Shown: positions 9,689 through 19,727, counted from the first letter of the stretch. The stretch: DNA of 64,000 bases from Dehalococcoidia bacterium (GCA_022822855.1 JAJDYG010000040.1:159905-223904), one strand, 5' to 3'. The notes: generated by a model from the sequence alone, not told the origin. Translations and numbers: made by a program.

Positions 9689-9902
9689 TCGGAGGACGCG
9701 GTGGATACCGGGGATGCCGCGCGCAGCGCCTCGACATCTCCGCGTATCGCAAAACGGAAGCCGACGGATATCTCAACCGGCTTCCGCAGAATCGTCAACT
9801 GGTTGTTAACCCTAGCAATCTGGTCAGGGGCGTCCTGCTGACTGTGACACAGTTCGCAGTGACCGGCTCGCGGGCGACCGGCGAGCGACATTTGCGCCTA
9901 AG

Positions 9903-9931
9903 TTGACCACTCCCAGCCCCGCCAATAGCCT
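9903..9931 (+). promoter_or_regulatory. Sigma70-type promoter for the coaE leader/operon
   Basis: TTGACC-17 nt-TAGCCT. Confidence 0.6.
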
Positions 9932-9939
9932 GAGGTCTC

Positions 9940-10055
9940 AGCGTGCGTCCGCGTGGCTGGTTGCCTGGGTGTCTGTCCTCGGCCTGAACGAGGACCGGAT
10001 TGAGGCAGTTGGTTAGAGGCGGCTGGACGACGCCAAGCTGCGGGGACGCGGACCG
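9940..10055 (+). ncRNA. Candidate structured 5' leader (three-way junction) upstream of coaE
   Basis: GTCCGCGT (9947-9954) pairs with ACGCGGAC (10046-10053); internal GTCCTCG/CGAGGAC hairpin; GCGGCT/AGCTGC hairpin; many G-U pairs that work only on the + strand. No known family recognised. Confidence 0.4.
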
Positions 10056-10058
10056 ACT

Positions 10059-10655
10059 ATGCGCTCGATTGGACTTACCGGCGGGATTGCCTCAGGCAAG
10101 TCAACCGTCGTCAACCAACTCCGAGGACTCGGCGCGGCCACGATTGACGCCGACCTCCTTGGTCACCAAACCTACGAACCCGGTACAGAGACCTTCAAGC
10201 AGGTCGTCGCCGCCTTCGGTGAGGACCTCGTCGCCGAGGACGGCACGATCGACCGCGCCAAACTCGGCCCCAAGGTCTTTGGCCACCCCGACGGCATGAA
10301 GCGCCTGACCGACATCGTCTGGCCCGGGATTCGTGCCCTGGCCGAAGCGGAGCTCGCCCGCCTCGAAGCGGCCGGCACCGAAGTCGCCGTGCTCGAAGCC
10401 GCTGTCATGATCGAGGCCGGCTGGCAGGATCTGGTCGACGAGGTTTGGGTCGTCGCTGTCAGCCGCGACACGGCCCGCGAGCGCCTCATGGCGCGCAACA
10501 GCTTCTCTGCCGAGGAGGCGGACAAGCGAATCGACTCCCAGATCACCAACGACGAACGACTCAAGCACGCCGATGTCCTGATCTCCAACGACTGCAGCAT
10601 GGAAACGGCCTCCGGGCGCGTCGCGCGAGCCTGGGCCGGAATGCAGTCCGAATAG
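10059..10655 (+). CDS. coaE: Dephospho-CoA kinase
   Basis: IGLTGGIASGKS, IDAD, IDRAKLG, RLMARN...RIDSQ, D.LISND motifs. Confidence 0.95.
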   Translation: MRSIGLTGGIASGKSTVVNQLRGLGAATIDADLLGHQTYEPGTETFKQVVAAFGEDLVAEDGTIDRAKLGPKVFGHPDGMKRLTDIVWPGIRALAEAELARLEAAGTEVAVLEAAVMIEAGWQDLVDEVWVVAVSRDTARERLMARNSFSAEEADKRIDSQITNDERLKHADVLISNDCSMETASGRVARAWAGMQSE

Positions 10656-10738
10656 CATCGACCACTGGGCCTACACAAAGGAACAGCACCTGAGCACACA
10701 CTCGCCGCTGATGATGCGGCAGAGCGGGAGAGCGTTTG

Positions 10739-11635
10739 ATGACCACTGCCACCGATCCGATCACCGAGTATCGCAGCTGGGCTGTTGAGGAATTCCGAGC
10801 AGAAGAAGAGCCGTACTACGTGCCCGTCTCGGATGAAGTCGAAGTCTTCGAGGCCGCCTGGAACAACAAAATTCCAGTGCTGCTCAAGGGACCGACCGGT
10901 TGCGGCAAGACCCGGTTCGTTGAGTACATGGCCTACCACCTCAACCGCCCGCTCGCTGTCGTCCGCGATGGCAAGGCGGAGGTCGAGTCCGAGTCCAACC
11001 TGCCGCTCGTCACCGTCGCCTGCCACGAAGACTTGACCGCCTCCGACCTCGTCGGCCGCTACCTGCTCGAAGGCAACGAAACCGTCTGGATCGACGGCCC
11101 CCTCACCCGCGCCGTCAAGGCCGGAGCCATCTGCTACCTCGATGAGGTTGTCGAAGCCCGCAAGGACACCACGGTCCTCATCCACCCGCTCACCGACCAC
11201 CGCCGCATCCTGCCCGTCGAGAAGAAGTCGCAGCTCCTCCAGGCTCGCGACGGCTTCCTCCTCGTCATCTCCTTCAACCCCGGCTACCAGTCGGCGCTCA
11301 AGGACCTCAAGCAATCGACCCGCCAACGCTTCGTCGCCGTGGAATTCGACTACCCGCCCCGCGAAACAGAGGCCGAGATCGTCCAGCACGAAGCTGAGTG
11401 CTCCTACGAAGTCGCCTTGAACCTCGCCAAGATGGCCGAGAAGATCCGCAACCTGCGCGAACACGGCCTCGCCGAGGGCGCGTCCACACGCCTCCTGATC
11501 TACGCCGGTCGCATGATTGCCGCCGGCGTCTCTCCGCGCCGCGCCTGCCAGGTGGCCATCGTCTGGCCACTCACCGACGACGGTGAAGTCCAGCGCTCGA
11601 TCGAGGAAGTCGTTTCCTCGATCTTCGAGGACTAG
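10739..11635 (+). CDS. CbbQ/NirQ/NorQ-family MoxR-type AAA+ ATPase
   Basis: [54 protein letters not shown] motifs. Confidence 0.93.
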   Translation: MTTATDPITEYRSWAVEEFRAEEEPYYVPVSDEVEVFEAAWNNKIPVLLKGPTGCGKTRFVEYMAYHLNRPLAVVRDGKAEVESESNLPLVTVACHEDLTASDLVGRYLLEGNETVWIDGPLTRAVKAGAICYLDEVVEARKDTTVLIHPLTDHRRILPVEKKSQLLQARDGFLLVISFNPGYQSALKDLKQSTRQRFVAVEFDYPPRETEAEIVQHEAECSYEVALNLAKMAEKIRNLREHGLAEGASTRLLIYAGRMIAAGVSPRRACQVAIVWPLTDDGEVQRSIEEVVSSIFED

Positions 11636-11653
11636 GACCGGACCCGGCTTCCA

Positions 11654-12226
11654 GTGCGGATCGGCATCGTCTCGGACATCCACTGCAACGCAGCCGCCCT
11701 TGATCGCGCCATCGAGCAGATGGGTGACATCGACGAACTGCTCTGCGCCGGTGATGCCTGCTATCAGTACCGCTTCTCCAACGATGTCGCCGAGCGGCTC
11801 AAGCAGCTCGGCGGTCGCTATGTGCTCGGCAATCACGAAGAGATCCTGCTTTCCGAGGCCGGCGCCCGCGCCCAGGCCTCGCCCAGCGTGGATCGCTCGC
11901 TGCTCGAGTGGACGCGCGAGCAACCGCACCTGATTCGCACCGACATCGGCTCGAAGAAGCTTCTCATGTTCCACGCGACGCCCTGGGCGCCGTACCGCGA
12001 CTACCTGTTCCCGCACGACCCGCAGCTACAGCGGCTCGCCGAGGAAGAGGCCGACTTCATCATCTACGGGCACACGCATGCGCCGTTGGTCAAGCGGATA
12101 GACCGGGCGCTGATCATCAACCCCGGTTCGGCCGGGGAGATGCGCGGGACCGAGCAGGTCCTGACCTATGCTGTGCTGGATACGTCCGACGATCACGCCG
12201 AGATCGAACAGATTCGGTTTGACTGA
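11654..12226 (+). CDS. Metallophosphoesterase (YfcE/calcineurin-like)
   Basis: DIH, GD, GNHE, H, GHTH, NPGS motifs. Confidence 0.9.
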   Translation: MRIGIVSDIHCNAAALDRAIEQMGDIDELLCAGDACYQYRFSNDVAERLKQLGGRYVLGNHEEILLSEAGARAQASPSVDRSLLEWTREQPHLIRTDIGSKKLLMFHATPWAPYRDYLFPHDPQLQRLAEEEADFIIYGHTHAPLVKRIDRALIINPGSAGEMRGTEQVLTYAVLDTSDDHAEIEQIRFD

Positions 12227-12292
12227 CCGTGAGCCCCACAACGGCTGCCCGTTGCCAGTGAGCTATCGGGGGGCCGGCTTGGATAGACGCCC

Positions 12293-15200
12293 ATGACCGA
12301 CACCCACTCCAACCCGCTCGTCGAAGAGGCACGCGAGGGACTGCGCCAGTTCCCGCCTGCGCTGGCTCAGGAATTCGAGGCCGCGCTCGACGCCGTGGTG
12401 CCCGTCCTCGAGCCGGACGAGCTCGCTCAATGGCTGCGTGATGGCCTGGACATCGCCCGGCACTCGCTGCGTAGCTGGGAAGCGTCCTCCGAGTATTTCC
12501 GAGCCTCGGGGCCGGTCCTCGAGCAGATCACCTACGACCGCATGCGCGAGTGGTGCGCCGTCGGCATCGAGCTGATGGAAACGTCTCCGGCGCTCTCCGG
12601 CGCACTCTTCCGCGCCTCTCCGGCCGTGCTGCCGCATCTCTCCGTGCCTCAAGCCAACGATTGGGCAGCCCAGGGCAAGTCGCTCTACAAAGGGACGTGG
12701 AAGTCTGGCTCGCTCTCGGCCCAGTATTTCGACGTCTCGCCGCAGATTCTTCCCCACCTTCCGCTCTCACAGATGCGGCTCCTGGTCGACCTGATCGACT
12801 CACTCGCTTCGCACTCCTACGAGCTCGCCTCAGCCTGCCTCGGCATGGCGCCCGGCGTGCTCTCCCAGCTTGACCGCTCCGACCGCGCTCCGTTCCTCGA
12901 GTTCGGAGGCATCGTTGCGCACACCGCCTGGGTCGACGCCCGCGTCTACTTCGAGCGCGGACCCGGAGCTCTGCGACAGGTCTCCGAGGAGCAGCGACCG
13001 CGCTACCTCTCCCTCGCCGGACAGGTGGCGATGCAGGTCGGAAGACTCGGCCACCCTTACTTCATCGAGGCCGCTCAGGCCTTCTCCGAAGTCGACAAGG
13101 ACATCCACGAGGGACTGCTGGAGCTGGCCGAGCAGCTCTCCCAACACTCCGGCGATGCTGCCATGGAGTTCATCAAGTCCTCGCCTCGCGTCGCGCAACG
13201 CCTCGGCATCGACGACATTGCCCGCTGGCAGGAGTTCGGACTGAACATCCTCCAGCAGTCTCGCGACGGCGGCGAAGCCTTCTTCCGGCTCGAGTCCGCC
13301 CGCGGCGAAGAGGTCATGGAAGCGCTCAGCAGCCGCGTTGACCTCGACCGCGTCTCCGAGTTGATTCGCATGTATTGCAAGGCCCTGACCGGCGTCGACG
13401 TCGGCGTCAAGGCCTCCGAGGAATTGACTGCCAAGGGCGTCGGCTGGGTCGACGAAAGCAGCCCCACGACCGAGGGCACCACGATCTATCTGCCCGAAAA
13501 CGTCGAGCGCTACCCGACCAAGGACGAAAACTTCGCGGTCTACAAGGTCTTCGCCACCCACCAGGCCGGCCGACTGGAATTCGGCTCCTTCGAGTACCAG
13601 TCCGAGATCAACCCGAAACTCTTCCCTGGCGACCAGAACGGCACGCGCAACGGCCACGGAGGCAGTTCCGGCAACGGCGTCGCTCCTGCGGTGGTCGAAG
13701 CCGAAGAGGGCGAGATCCACACCGACATGGAGCGCTTCTTCGACCAGTTCGGCGACCGCCGCCTCGCCCACGATCTGTTCACCATCGTCGAGGACACCCG
13801 GATCGACACGATCGTCAAGCGCGAGTACGCCGGGGTGCGGCGCGCCTTCTCGCGACTCCAGCAGGCTGCCATCGACCGCCGTCGGCCGGTCGAGGACATG
13901 CCCGCCCGCCAGGCGATGGTTGAGAACCTGCTGCGTGCGTCGCTGGACGAGATCGGCCGGATCCGCTGGCCCAACGAACTAGCCGAAGAAATGCGCGCGC
14001 CGCTGCGCATCCTCAACCGAATTCGGCAGGATGGCGCGACCGTCCAGGACAGCGCCGCCGCAACGGCCCTGCTCTACGAATGGCTCTCGCAGATCCCCAA
14101 CGTCGAACTCGACACCGAGGACTGGTCCGACTTCGAGCAGGAAATGTCCGGCGACCCCGACTCGGGCGAAGACTCGGACATGATGCCGGGCTCCGGATCG
14201 TCCGGTCTCGAAGAGTCGTTCATGCCCTTCATGCCCGGCTCCGAGGAACAGCCCTACGACAGTCCCGACCCCGTCGACTTCCGCGGCGATTTCAAGCCCG
14301 AGCTCGTCCAGTTGCTGATGAAGCTCAAGGGCGAGACCGGCACCGGCGACGCGCCGCCGATCCCGTTGACCAAGGAACAGCTCCAGGAACTGCTGGAGAA
14401 ATCGGTTGAGATCTCGATCAACGAGCTGATGGACATGGACTTGGCCGAGTCCTCAGGCATGTTCCTCGACAACCTGCTCAAGGAAGTCAACCAGATCCAG
14501 GGCGAGCGCCAGGAAGGCCAACAGGCCATGGGCGACGACTCGACCGGAGCCGAGGACGGCGAGGAGCTGCCCGTCGAGGCGGCCTCGTTCTACTACGACG
14601 AGTGGGATTTCCGCGCCGCCGACTACAAGCCCCGCTGGTGCCGGGTGCAGGAACAGCGCGGCGAGTCGGGCACGGCCAGCTACTACGCCGAGACCCTGCA
14701 CGAACACACCCAGCTCGTCCAGGAAACGCGCAAGCAGTTCGAGATGCTGCGCCCGGAAATGTTCCGCAAGATGAAGCGCCTGACCGATGGCGAGGACTAC
14801 GACCTCGACGCCGTGATCGAGTGGTACACCGAGAAGATCGCCGGCGGCGCCTCGGAGACCAAGCTCTTCTACCGGCGCAACAAGGTCGAGCGCGACGTCG
14901 CAGTGGCCTTCCTGCTCGACGTCTCCGCCTCAACCGACGAGGAAATCCAGAAACACCACGATCAGCGCCAGGACGACCAGTTCGACGACGACCCCCGCAA
15001 GTACCTGAGCTGGTGGGCCCAGCGTCGCGCCGAGGCCGCACGGCACCCGGGCAAGCGAATCATCGACCTCGAGAAAGAGGCGACCGTCCTCCTGATCGAG
15101 GCCCTGGAGACGATCGGCGACAAGTACGGCGTCTACGGCTTCTCCGGCTACGGCCGCGACAACGTCGAGTTTTTCGTCTACAAGGACATGGACGAGCCCT

Positions 15201-15580
15201 TCGGCGACCGGATCAAGGAGCGCATCGACAAGATCGCGCCGGTCCGCTCAACCCGCATGGGTCCGGCAATCCGGCATTGCATCTGGAAGCTGCAGAACAC
15301 CGACGCCAAGGTCAAGATCCTGATGCTGCTCTCCGACGGTCGGCCGCAGGACCATGGCTACGGCCGCGACCGGACCGAGAAGGAATACGCGATCCACGAC
15401 ACCAAGATGGCGCTGACCGAGGCGCGCCGCGAGGGCATGGTCCCGTTCGCGCTAACCGTCGACCGCGCCGGGCACGACTATCTCAAGCAGATGTGCCAGG
15501 ACATGGCCTACGAGGTCGTCGCCGACATCGAGTCCCTCCCCCGCCGCCTGCCCGCCCTCTACCGCCGCCTCACCGGCTAG
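12293..15580 (+). CDS. NorD/CbbO-like VWA-domain protein (1095 aa) with N-terminal 37-aa helical repeats
   Basis: C-terminal MIDAS (LLDVSAS, STRMG, LSDGRPQD); YDEWD..A.DY motif typical of NorD/CbbO; in operon with the CbbQ-type ATPase. Confidence 0.88.
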   Translation: MTDTHSNPLVEEAREGLRQFPPALAQEFEAALDAVVPVLEPDELAQWLRDGLDIARHSLRSWEASSEYFRASGPVLEQITYDRMREWCAVGIELMETSPALSGALFRASPAVLPHLSVPQANDWAAQGKSLYKGTWKSGSLSAQYFDVSPQILPHLPLSQMRLLVDLIDSLASHSYELASACLGMAPGVLSQLDRSDRAPFLEFGGIVAHTAWVDARVYFERGPGALRQVSEEQRPRYLSLAGQVAMQVGRLGHPYFIEAAQAFSEVDKDIHEGLLELAEQLSQHSGDAAMEFIKSSPRVAQRLGIDDIARWQEFGLNILQQSRDGGEAFFRLESARGEEVMEALSSRVDLDRVSELIRMYCKALTGVDVGVKASEELTAKGVGWVDESSPTTEGTTIYLPENVERYPTKDENFAVYKVFATHQAGRLEFGSFEYQSEINPKLFPGDQNGTRNGHGGSSGNGVAPAVVEAEEGEIHTDMERFFDQFGDRRLAHDLFTIVEDTRIDTIVKREYAGVRRAFSRLQQAAIDRRRPVEDMPARQAMVENLLRASLDEIGRIRWPNELAEEMRAPLRILNRIRQDGATVQDSAAATALLYEWLSQIPNVELDTEDWSDFEQEMSGDPDSGEDSDMMPGSGSSGLEESFMPFMPGSEEQPYDSPDPVDFRGDFKPELVQLLMKLKGETGTGDAPPIPLTKEQLQELLEKSVEISINELMDMDLAESSGMFLDNLLKEVNQIQGERQEGQQAMGDDSTGAEDGEELPVEAASFYYDEWDFRAADYKPRWCRVQEQRGESGTASYYAETLHEHTQLVQETRKQFEMLRPEMFRKMKRLTDGEDYDLDAVIEWYTEKIAGGASETKLFYRRNKVERDVAVAFLLDVSASTDEEIQKHHDQRQDDQFDDDPRKYLSWWAQRRAEAARHPGKRIIDLEKEATVLLIEALETIGDKYGVYGFSGYGRDNVEFFVYKDMDEPFGDRIKERIDKIAPVRSTRMGPAIRHCIWKLQNTDAKVKILMLLSDGRPQDHGYGRDRTEKEYAIHDTKMALTEARREGMVPFALTVDRAGHDYLKQMCQDMAYEVVADIESLPRRLPALYRRLTG

Positions 15581-15605
15581 CAGCCAAGACCTATCCCTTC
15601 CGATC

Positions 15606-15705
15606 CCCTCTCCCTCTGGGAGAGGGCTAGGCTGAGGGCCGCACGTGGTCCTTGCTCCCCCTCGCAGGGGGAGCTGTCCCGTAGGGACCGAGGGGGTCCC
15701 CCCGT
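15606..15705. repeat. REP-like palindrome cluster
   Basis: CCCTCTCCCTCTGGGAGAGGGCTAGGCTGAGGG and CTCCCCCTCGCAGGGGGAGCTGTCCCGTAGGGACCGAGGGGGG. Confidence 0.75.
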
Positions 15706-15717
15706 TACCATGACCTC

Positions 15718-16071
15718 ATGACACTCCTCGCCGGGACCCTGACCACCGCGGGCATCGCCGCCGCCTTCGTCGCCACCCTGATTAACCAGGATTCGACCGG
15801 CCTCTACATCGTCTGCGCGGTCGTCGCGGCCGCCGGTCTGCTGCTGATGCTCCTCCAGGTCGCCCGAACCCGCCGAGACGCCGCGCCCCGTTACGCCTGG
15901 TACGCCCTCGCCCCGATGGGGATCGTCGTCGCCCTCCTCGGCATCGCCGCCTCGGGAGCCACCTGCGGAGTCGCCTGCATCGCCTGGGGAACCCCAGCGG
16001 CCGCCGCAACCCTCGCCGCCCCCGACATCCGAGGCTGGTTCGACCGCAAACGCCCGCTGAGAAGCCCGTAA
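15718..16071 (+). CDS. Small four-TM membrane protein, function unknown
   Basis: 117-aa hydrophobic ORF that fills the gap and converges on the permease gene. Confidence 0.55.
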   Translation: MTLLAGTLTTAGIAAAFVATLINQDSTGLYIVCAVVAAAGLLLMLLQVARTRRDAAPRYAWYALAPMGIVVALLGIAASGATCGVACIAWGTPAAAATLAAPDIRGWFDRKRPLRSP

Positions 16072-16138
16072 CGTCTCTGGGGAATCCCAGTGGAGCCAGA
16101 TCTTGTGGCTGCGGCTGCCCGTAGATCCGCCGCGCAAC

Positions 16139-19100
16139 TCAGTTCGTCAACCGAAGCTCGCGATTCAACTCCAGCTTCAGGAACCACCGCCAGGTCGCCA
16201 GCACCCCGATCACCAGCACGCCAATCAACACCGCGAACGCTACCCCGAGAATCTGCCAATCCGTCTCGATCTGGAACGGCGGCAGCACCGTCCGGCCTGT
16301 CTCGTCGATCTCCAGGTAAGCCAGCAACAACAGCGAGATCCGGTTCCCCAGCAACACCCCCAGCACCAGCCCCGTCCCAACGATGATCGCGTACTCAAGG
16401 AACAACTGGATCAGGATGCTGGCGTTGCCCACCCCAACGGTGCGCAGCAACGCCATCTCCAGTCTTCGCTGTCTCGCCGAGACCGCCATCGACACCAGGA
16501 AAGCCAGCGCCAACAACAGCGAGATCGCGATGAACGCGACCAGCAGAATCCCCGATCCACCGGCGGTCGTCAGAGGATCGCGGCCGCTGTCATCGAGCCG
16601 TTCGTCGCGGTCGAAGAACTTACCCAGCGAGTAGCGCGGGCGCTCGAGTTCCTCCTTCGCCGCAATACGCAGCTCGGGGTCGTCCGACAGATCGAGCCAC
16701 GCTTCCGTCGGCGTCACGGCCGGGCGCAGAGCCGTCACCGAGCCGAAGTGGGCGAGCGCGTCGTAGTCGGCCACGATGAACGACAGCTCGTCAGGGCGCA
16801 GGGTCGGGAACAGTGGCACGATGTTCGACACTCTCGCCATCACGACGACGGTGTCCAGGCGCAGCGGATAGCGATCGCCGATCTCCAGCCGCTGCCGTGC
16901 GGCGAAGTCCGCGCTAATGATCGTGGGTATGGTGCAGCGCGTGTTGCTGCAGAACGAAGGATCGGCGAAGTGCGCGGCACGCAGCCCGGGCGATTGACCG
17001 ACCCCGGGATAGAAGGCCATCACGTGCTCGCCCGAGATCGGATCGTCGTCGGCCTCGAACTCGACCTCGTCTCCGGTTCCGCGGCGCTGGACGAACTCCA
17101 ACCAGCCGCGGTTCTCAAAGTCCTCAATGATCAGCTCGCGCCCGTCGGGCTGGATCGCTGTGATCGCGTCGTAGTAGACCGTTGACGGCTCCGACGCGAA
17201 CAGACCGAACGGTTCGCTCATCACGAGCGAGTGCAGCGTGTACGGACCGGAACCGCCGGCGCCCACGATCTCCCCCTGGAAGTCGATGTCCATCGCCGTC
17301 CAGGGCGAGCTGGACGGTGGCATCTCCAGGCCGCCGCCGGTCAGATACCGGCCGTCGCCGTCGCGTACGCGGATCCAGAAGGACTGATCGGTCTCTCCTT
17401 CGCCCATCCTGACCCAGACCCGGAGCGTCTCGGTCCCCTCCGGAATCCCCACCCCGCGGCCGACCGGAGGCACGTCGATCGACGAGATTAGTTCCTCGAA
17501 CGTGATCAACGACATGTCCTCCCGGAACCACATCATCTCGACGGCCGCTTTCGGTTCGAGTCCGAGCAGCGTCACGCTGGTCGTCGTTCCCACGCTGCGC
17601 CCCGCCGACACCTTGCTCCGGAACACCGAGGCGATCCCGTCGACACCCTCGATCGGACCCAGCCGGTCGCGAACGCCGTTGGCCGTGGAGTATCCGGTGT
17701 CGCCGAGCCCGACCCGGAACTCGACCCCGTTGTCGTACTCAATCCGCTCTGCCAGCGACAATTCGACGGTGTCCGCATAGGAGGCCGCGAACGTCCCCAG
17801 GGCAGCCCCCAGCATCAACAGGATCGTGAGCCGCGCCGCCGGCCCCACCGTTCTGCTCACGTAGCGCAGCGTCGACGCCACAGAGAGCGGGAACCGGTCG
17901 TAGGTCAGCCAGGCGAAGAATCGATAGAAGTAGGGCAGGAATCTCAGAATCACCAGCGTCGCCGCGAGCGCGAACAGGATCGGCGTACTCAGCAACAGCG
18001 GATCGGCGGAAAGGCCGCCGACGCTATTCCGCTCGAAGACCGTCCCCTTCAGATCGGCCTCGAAGATCAGACCCACCGCGACCAGCACCAGGGCCACGTC
18101 GAGGAAGTAACGCTGCAGAGCGTTCGGCCCGGCCGGTCGCGAGACGCCGCGCAGCCGCTCGGAGAGCACCCGGGTCCGGCTCGCGACCACGAGCGGGGCG
18201 AGCGTGAACAACACGGCCACGATCGCGCCCGCCGCCGAGAGCAGGAAGGCCATGTCGGTCAACGTCGTGGGAATCGGCGCACTGCCGGTCAGCGGCTCGA
18301 AGACCGGCGTGTAACCCAGCAGTCCGATCACACCCATCGCGATAAACGGCGCGACCGCCGCGGCAATGATCGCGAGCAGGATGCCCTCGATCGCCGTGTG
18401 CGAGATGACCTGGACGATCGACGCGCCTCGGGAGCGCATCGAGAACAACTCTTCCCGACGCTGGGCCACCTGCACGCCGGACACGATCACGACGTAGAAC
18501 AACGCGATCCCCACGACCTGAGCCAGCAGCATCAGGATCGGCACCTGCGTGAAGTTCAGGTCCTTGACGAACGACTCCAGCCGGGGCTCGATCGGTGACC
18601 GCATGCCCCCGCCGACCGAGCGCAGATCCTCGCGCAACAGATCGAACGACTCGCGGGTCTCATCGAGCACGGCCACGTTCAACTGGTCCGTGTCCAACTC
18701 CGAGATCCACATCGTGTTGACGAGGTAGCCGCTCATCACGCGCGGCAACTCGCCCACGAACGTCTCCGAGGGAATGATCAGCGGAATGGTCTGCAGTCGG
18801 GCCGGCCCTGAGTAGACGCCGAAGGTGATCTCTCTCGGCACCCGCTTCCAGAATGCGCTCTCCGGGTTGTCCGGTTCAACGATGCCGGTCACGACGATCG
18901 GGATGAAGCGAGCAATCGCCATCGTCGGCTCGCACGGAGGACGCGGCGGCGGCGGCGGCCCACCGGGCGGCGGATCCGGCTCGCGGTCACACTCGTCAAA
19001 CCCGTCGACGACTTGCCAGGTCGATCCGACGCTCACGCCGTAGCCGCTGGCGACGCGCTGAGTCAACGCCACTTCGAGCGGACCCTCAAGCCACCCGGCC

Positions 19101-19558
19101 GCGTTCACGACCGGCGGCGAGGGAAAGCTCCCCTCAAGCATCGTGATGTTGTCCTCGGCGTCATCCAATGCGGCGAAGTAAGAAGTGGTCGGTATGACCT
19201 GGCCCTGCCTCGGCGGGAAGTCGACCAACGTCGGCACCGTCGTGCGGTACCGGAGCTGTTGCGATTCCAGCTCACCGAATCGCTCGCTGATCGACTCGTC
19301 GGCATATTCGCGAGCCGACTCGTTCGGCCCGCCGCCCATCGGTAGGCCGTTGAGGAAGGTGAACATCTGCCGGCGCTCGGTCAGGTCCTCGCGCAGACTC
19401 ACGGTCAACGAGAGATCGGAAACCGCCCGCGTGTAGATCGTCGTCGAAGACATCAGCACGGCGGCCACCAGGATGCCCGCCGCGATCACCAGTTGGATCC
19501 GCCAACTGTCGCGCATACGGCGTAGGACAAAGCCCAGAACGGCGCCGAACGACTCCAC
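16139..19558 (-). CDS. FtsX/MacB-type ABC transporter permease with two TM modules (1139 aa)
   Basis: Two RR.E...+R..GA motifs (RREELFSMRSRGA, RRLEMALLRTVG); large extracytoplasmic domains. Confidence 0.88.
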   Translation of the reverse strand: MESFGAVLGFVLRRMRDSWRIQLVIAAGILVAAVLMSSTTIYTRAVSDLSLTVSLREDLTERRQMFTFLNGLPMGGGPNESAREYADESISERFGELESQQLRYRTTVPTLVDFPPRQGQVIPTTSYFAALDDAEDNITMLEGSFPSPPVVNAAGWLEGPLEVALTQRVASGYGVSVGSTWQVVDGFDECDREPDPPPGGPPPPPRPPCEPTMAIARFIPIVVTGIVEPDNPESAFWKRVPREITFGVYSGPARLQTIPLIIPSETFVGELPRVMSGYLVNTMWISELDTDQLNVAVLDETRESFDLLREDLRSVGGGMRSPIEPRLESFVKDLNFTQVPILMLLAQVVGIALFYVVIVSGVQVAQRREELFSMRSRGASIVQVISHTAIEGILLAIIAAAVAPFIAMGVIGLLGYTPVFEPLTGSAPIPTTLTDMAFLLSAAGAIVAVLFTLAPLVVASRTRVLSERLRGVSRPAGPNALQRYFLDVALVLVAVGLIFEADLKGTVFERNSVGGLSADPLLLSTPILFALAATLVILRFLPYFYRFFAWLTYDRFPLSVASTLRYVSRTVGPAARLTILLMLGAALGTFAASYADTVELSLAERIEYDNGVEFRVGLGDTGYSTANGVRDRLGPIEGVDGIASVFRSKVSAGRSVGTTTSVTLLGLEPKAAVEMMWFREDMSLITFEELISSIDVPPVGRGVGIPEGTETLRVWVRMGEGETDQSFWIRVRDGDGRYLTGGGLEMPPSSSPWTAMDIDFQGEIVGAGGSGPYTLHSLVMSEPFGLFASEPSTVYYDAITAIQPDGRELIIEDFENRGWLEFVQRRGTGDEVEFEADDDPISGEHVMAFYPGVGQSPGLRAAHFADPSFCSNTRCTIPTIISADFAARQRLEIGDRYPLRLDTVVVMARVSNIVPLFPTLRPDELSFIVADYDALAHFGSVTALRPAVTPTEAWLDLSDDPELRIAAKEELERPRYSLGKFFDRDERLDDSGRDPLTTAGGSGILLVAFIAISLLLALAFLVSMAVSARQRRLEMALLRTVGVGNASILIQLFLEYAIIVGTGLVLGVLLGNRISLLLLAYLEIDETGRTVLPPFQIETDWQILGVAFAVLIGVLVIGVLATWRWFLKLELNRELRLTN

Positions 19559-19727
19559 CCGAACCCCCGCTGCTCGCTCAGAACACGTCGCTGCCGATTG
19601 CTCGGTCGGACGCTGGAATTTCCCTGATCCCTAGTAGTCTACGAAGGCAACGCGGTCGAACATACCCCTGACCAGCCAGTCCGGCAGCAGACCCGGCGCG
19701 AGGTACGACGAGGCGGCACGAGGCAGC

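Noticed and set aside
9940-10055. SRP RNA, 6S RNA, tmRNA or RNase P RNA
   Set aside because: No SRP helix-8 motif, too short for 6S, no tRNA-like ends, and no GAGGAAAGUCC.
10739-15580. Calling the AAA/VWA pair evidence for carbon fixation or denitrification
   Set aside because: No Rubisco, cbb, nor or nir structural genes are in the window.
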